64,000 bases of DNA from a virus, in IMG/VR virus record IMGVR_UViG_3300031949_000030, positions 686 to 64,685 of that record; one strand, given 5' to 3'. The translations under genes were made by a program, and so were the position numbers. Shown in pieces: positions 63,100 to 64,000 of this stretch. Position 1 is the first letter of the stretch. The number at the start of each line of letters is the position of its first letter. The notes under the pieces were generated by a model, which worked only from the letters and a program-made list of their open reading frames with translations, made no database searches and was not told the DNA's origin.

Positions 63100-63333
63100 T
63101 TAAGTGTGAGCAATCCCCTCGATCAGAGATATATCCACGATCTCAGCGGAGTCTATGAAGTGCCCCTTGTTTGAGAAAAGGCTTATGAGGTTCTTTCCCT
63201 TGACCTGGTGAATTATCCGGAGAGCTTCCTGGAAGTTGTAAGTCGCGTGTCCTGGATAAGCTGTAACAATCAGGGGTAACTCTGGTGCTGAAGAAATGTA
63301 CAAGTCGGGACCTACACGTATGACATAGGGCAT
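63100..63333 (-). CDS. 'YxRVG...ESIEIV' family protein (77 aa)
   Basis: 'YVIRVGPDLYIS'...'VKGKNL...HFIDSAEIV'. Confidence 0.5.
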   Translation of the reverse strand: MPYVIRVGPDLYISSAPELPLIVTAYPGHATYNFQEALRIIHQVKGKNLISLFSNKGHFIDSAEIVDISLIEGIAHT

Positions 63334-63359
63334 AAATGGTGAGTTGGAAGGTTATGTCT

Positions 63360-63644
63360 TTATCCCCATAAGAGCCTCTTAGGATCTACGAGTTCTCCGT
63401 TAGCTGATCTGAACCGAACCCATATTTTCCCGTCTCTCATCGAGGATATATGGCCTCTTTGGGCATCAGGGTGGCTAGTATCTTCCCCGACGTGACGTGG
63501 AAGATACGTGACCGGAGACCCTATATCTTCTTGTATTACTTCTCTACCCTCGATGAATATTCCGGTAGGGAGACAGAATTCGCAGAAGGCCCCGTGAGTC
63601 GCTAGCTTGGTCTGACACTTGGTACATATAGAGACTACAGGCAT
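63360..63644 (-). CDS. Hypothetical zinc-ribbon protein (94 aa); first gene of the leftward early string
   Basis: 'CTKCQTKLATHGAFCEFC'. Confidence 0.4.
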   Translation of the reverse strand: MPVVSICTKCQTKLATHGAFCEFCLPTGIFIEGREVIQEDIGSPVTYLPRHVGEDTSHPDAQRGHISSMRDGKIWVRFRSANGELVDPKRLLWG

Positions 63645-63683
63645 ATAACAGAGATTAGATATCAGGTTAGAGGTACAGGAGAG

Positions 63684-63812
63684 TTACAAAGATCTGTGCC
63701 GGGACATAAAGATACATACCTGCCGGTAGTACTCGTCCTTTATGTTGTCATAGTTATCATATAACCAGGGACTGTTCAGAGCCTGAGTTACTGCTTGGTG
63801 GAACTTCTTCAT
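63684..63812 (-). CDS. Hypothetical small protein (about 42 aa, internal start MKKFHQ of the listed 94-aa ORF)
   Basis: The upstream part of the listed ORF is low-complexity ('LSILSHSQPVTGLFF') and probably untranslated. 'MKKFHQAVTQALNSPWLYDNYDNIKDEYYRQVCIFMSRHRSL' looks protein-like. Confidence 0.25.
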   Translation of the reverse strand: MKKFHQAVTQALNSPWLYDNYDNIKDEYYRQVCIFMSRHRSL

Positions 63813-64000
63813 GGAGAGGTGGATTATATTAGATTTGAGATAGGTGGGAGATAGGTGAGTATTGGAGAAGGGATTAGGTGAACCTAAGTGGGTGAACCTA
63901 AAAAAGAGCCCTGTAACTGGTTGAGAGTGAGAGAGTATACTCAAGCGATATCTGCGGAGTGTGCTCATAATCAGGCAGTTAGGAGAGTGGAGAGAGGGGG

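Noticed and set aside
1-64000. Alternative genetic code, that is stop-codon reassignment as in some crAss-like phages, suggested by the odd tRNA
   Set aside because: The standard code gives uninterrupted ORFs up to 1945 aa and a dense, coherent gene map across the window. Recoding cannot be excluded for late genes outside the window.

Overview
The window reads as a segment of a large virulent dsDNA phage genome, probably a crAss-like phage of a Bacteroidota host. The evidence for that is a giant RNAP-like virion protein, a Bacteroidetes-style lipoprotein signal (C-KKEE) and an estimated GC content of about 40%. All annotation comes from reading the ORF translations by eye, with no database searches.

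The two strands are transcribed convergently. On the + strand (1-11482) are two giant ORFs. The first (1945+ aa) is open to the window edge and carries a beta-prime-like 'DFDID' catalytic motif, so it is a candidate virion RNA polymerase. The second (1846 aa) carries a zincin HExxH motif. A rho-independent terminator sits at about 11.72 kb.

The rest of the window (11.7-64 kb) is almost entirely minus-strand. It holds a replication and recombination module: a family B DNA polymerase, a RecB-like PD-(D/E)xK nuclease, a DnaG-like primase, SSB, a Sak4/RecA-like ATPase, a RuvC-like resolvase, a DnaA domain-IV-like protein, a Dda-like SF1 helicase, UDG, a SF2 helicase, an HNH nuclease and a ParB-like protein. 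The same block also carries candidate host-interaction genes: a ClpS adaptor homologue, a cold-shock protein, SPFH/band-7 with a small membrane partner, a compact SRAP/YedK-like domain, a GT25-like glycosyltransferase and two separate MoxR-like AAA+/VWA pairs.

Three highly unusual tandem paralog expansions stand out:
- A 4-kb array of at least 14 small Cys4 (zinc-finger-like) proteins at 34.3-38.3 kb.
- An 11-member 'YxRVG...ESIEIV' family, arranged with a 3-member 'YNF' family in repeated cassettes at 54.3-63.3 kb.
- A duplicated 'WYPYF' domain gene with an adjacent decayed remnant.

One tRNA with an atypical, enlarged anticodon loop lies at about 32.95-33.03 kb (-), and a tRNA 3'-fragment-like element lies at about 59.87 kb. 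A small + strand two-gene membrane-protein island (26.3-27.3 kb) may be a lysis cassette.
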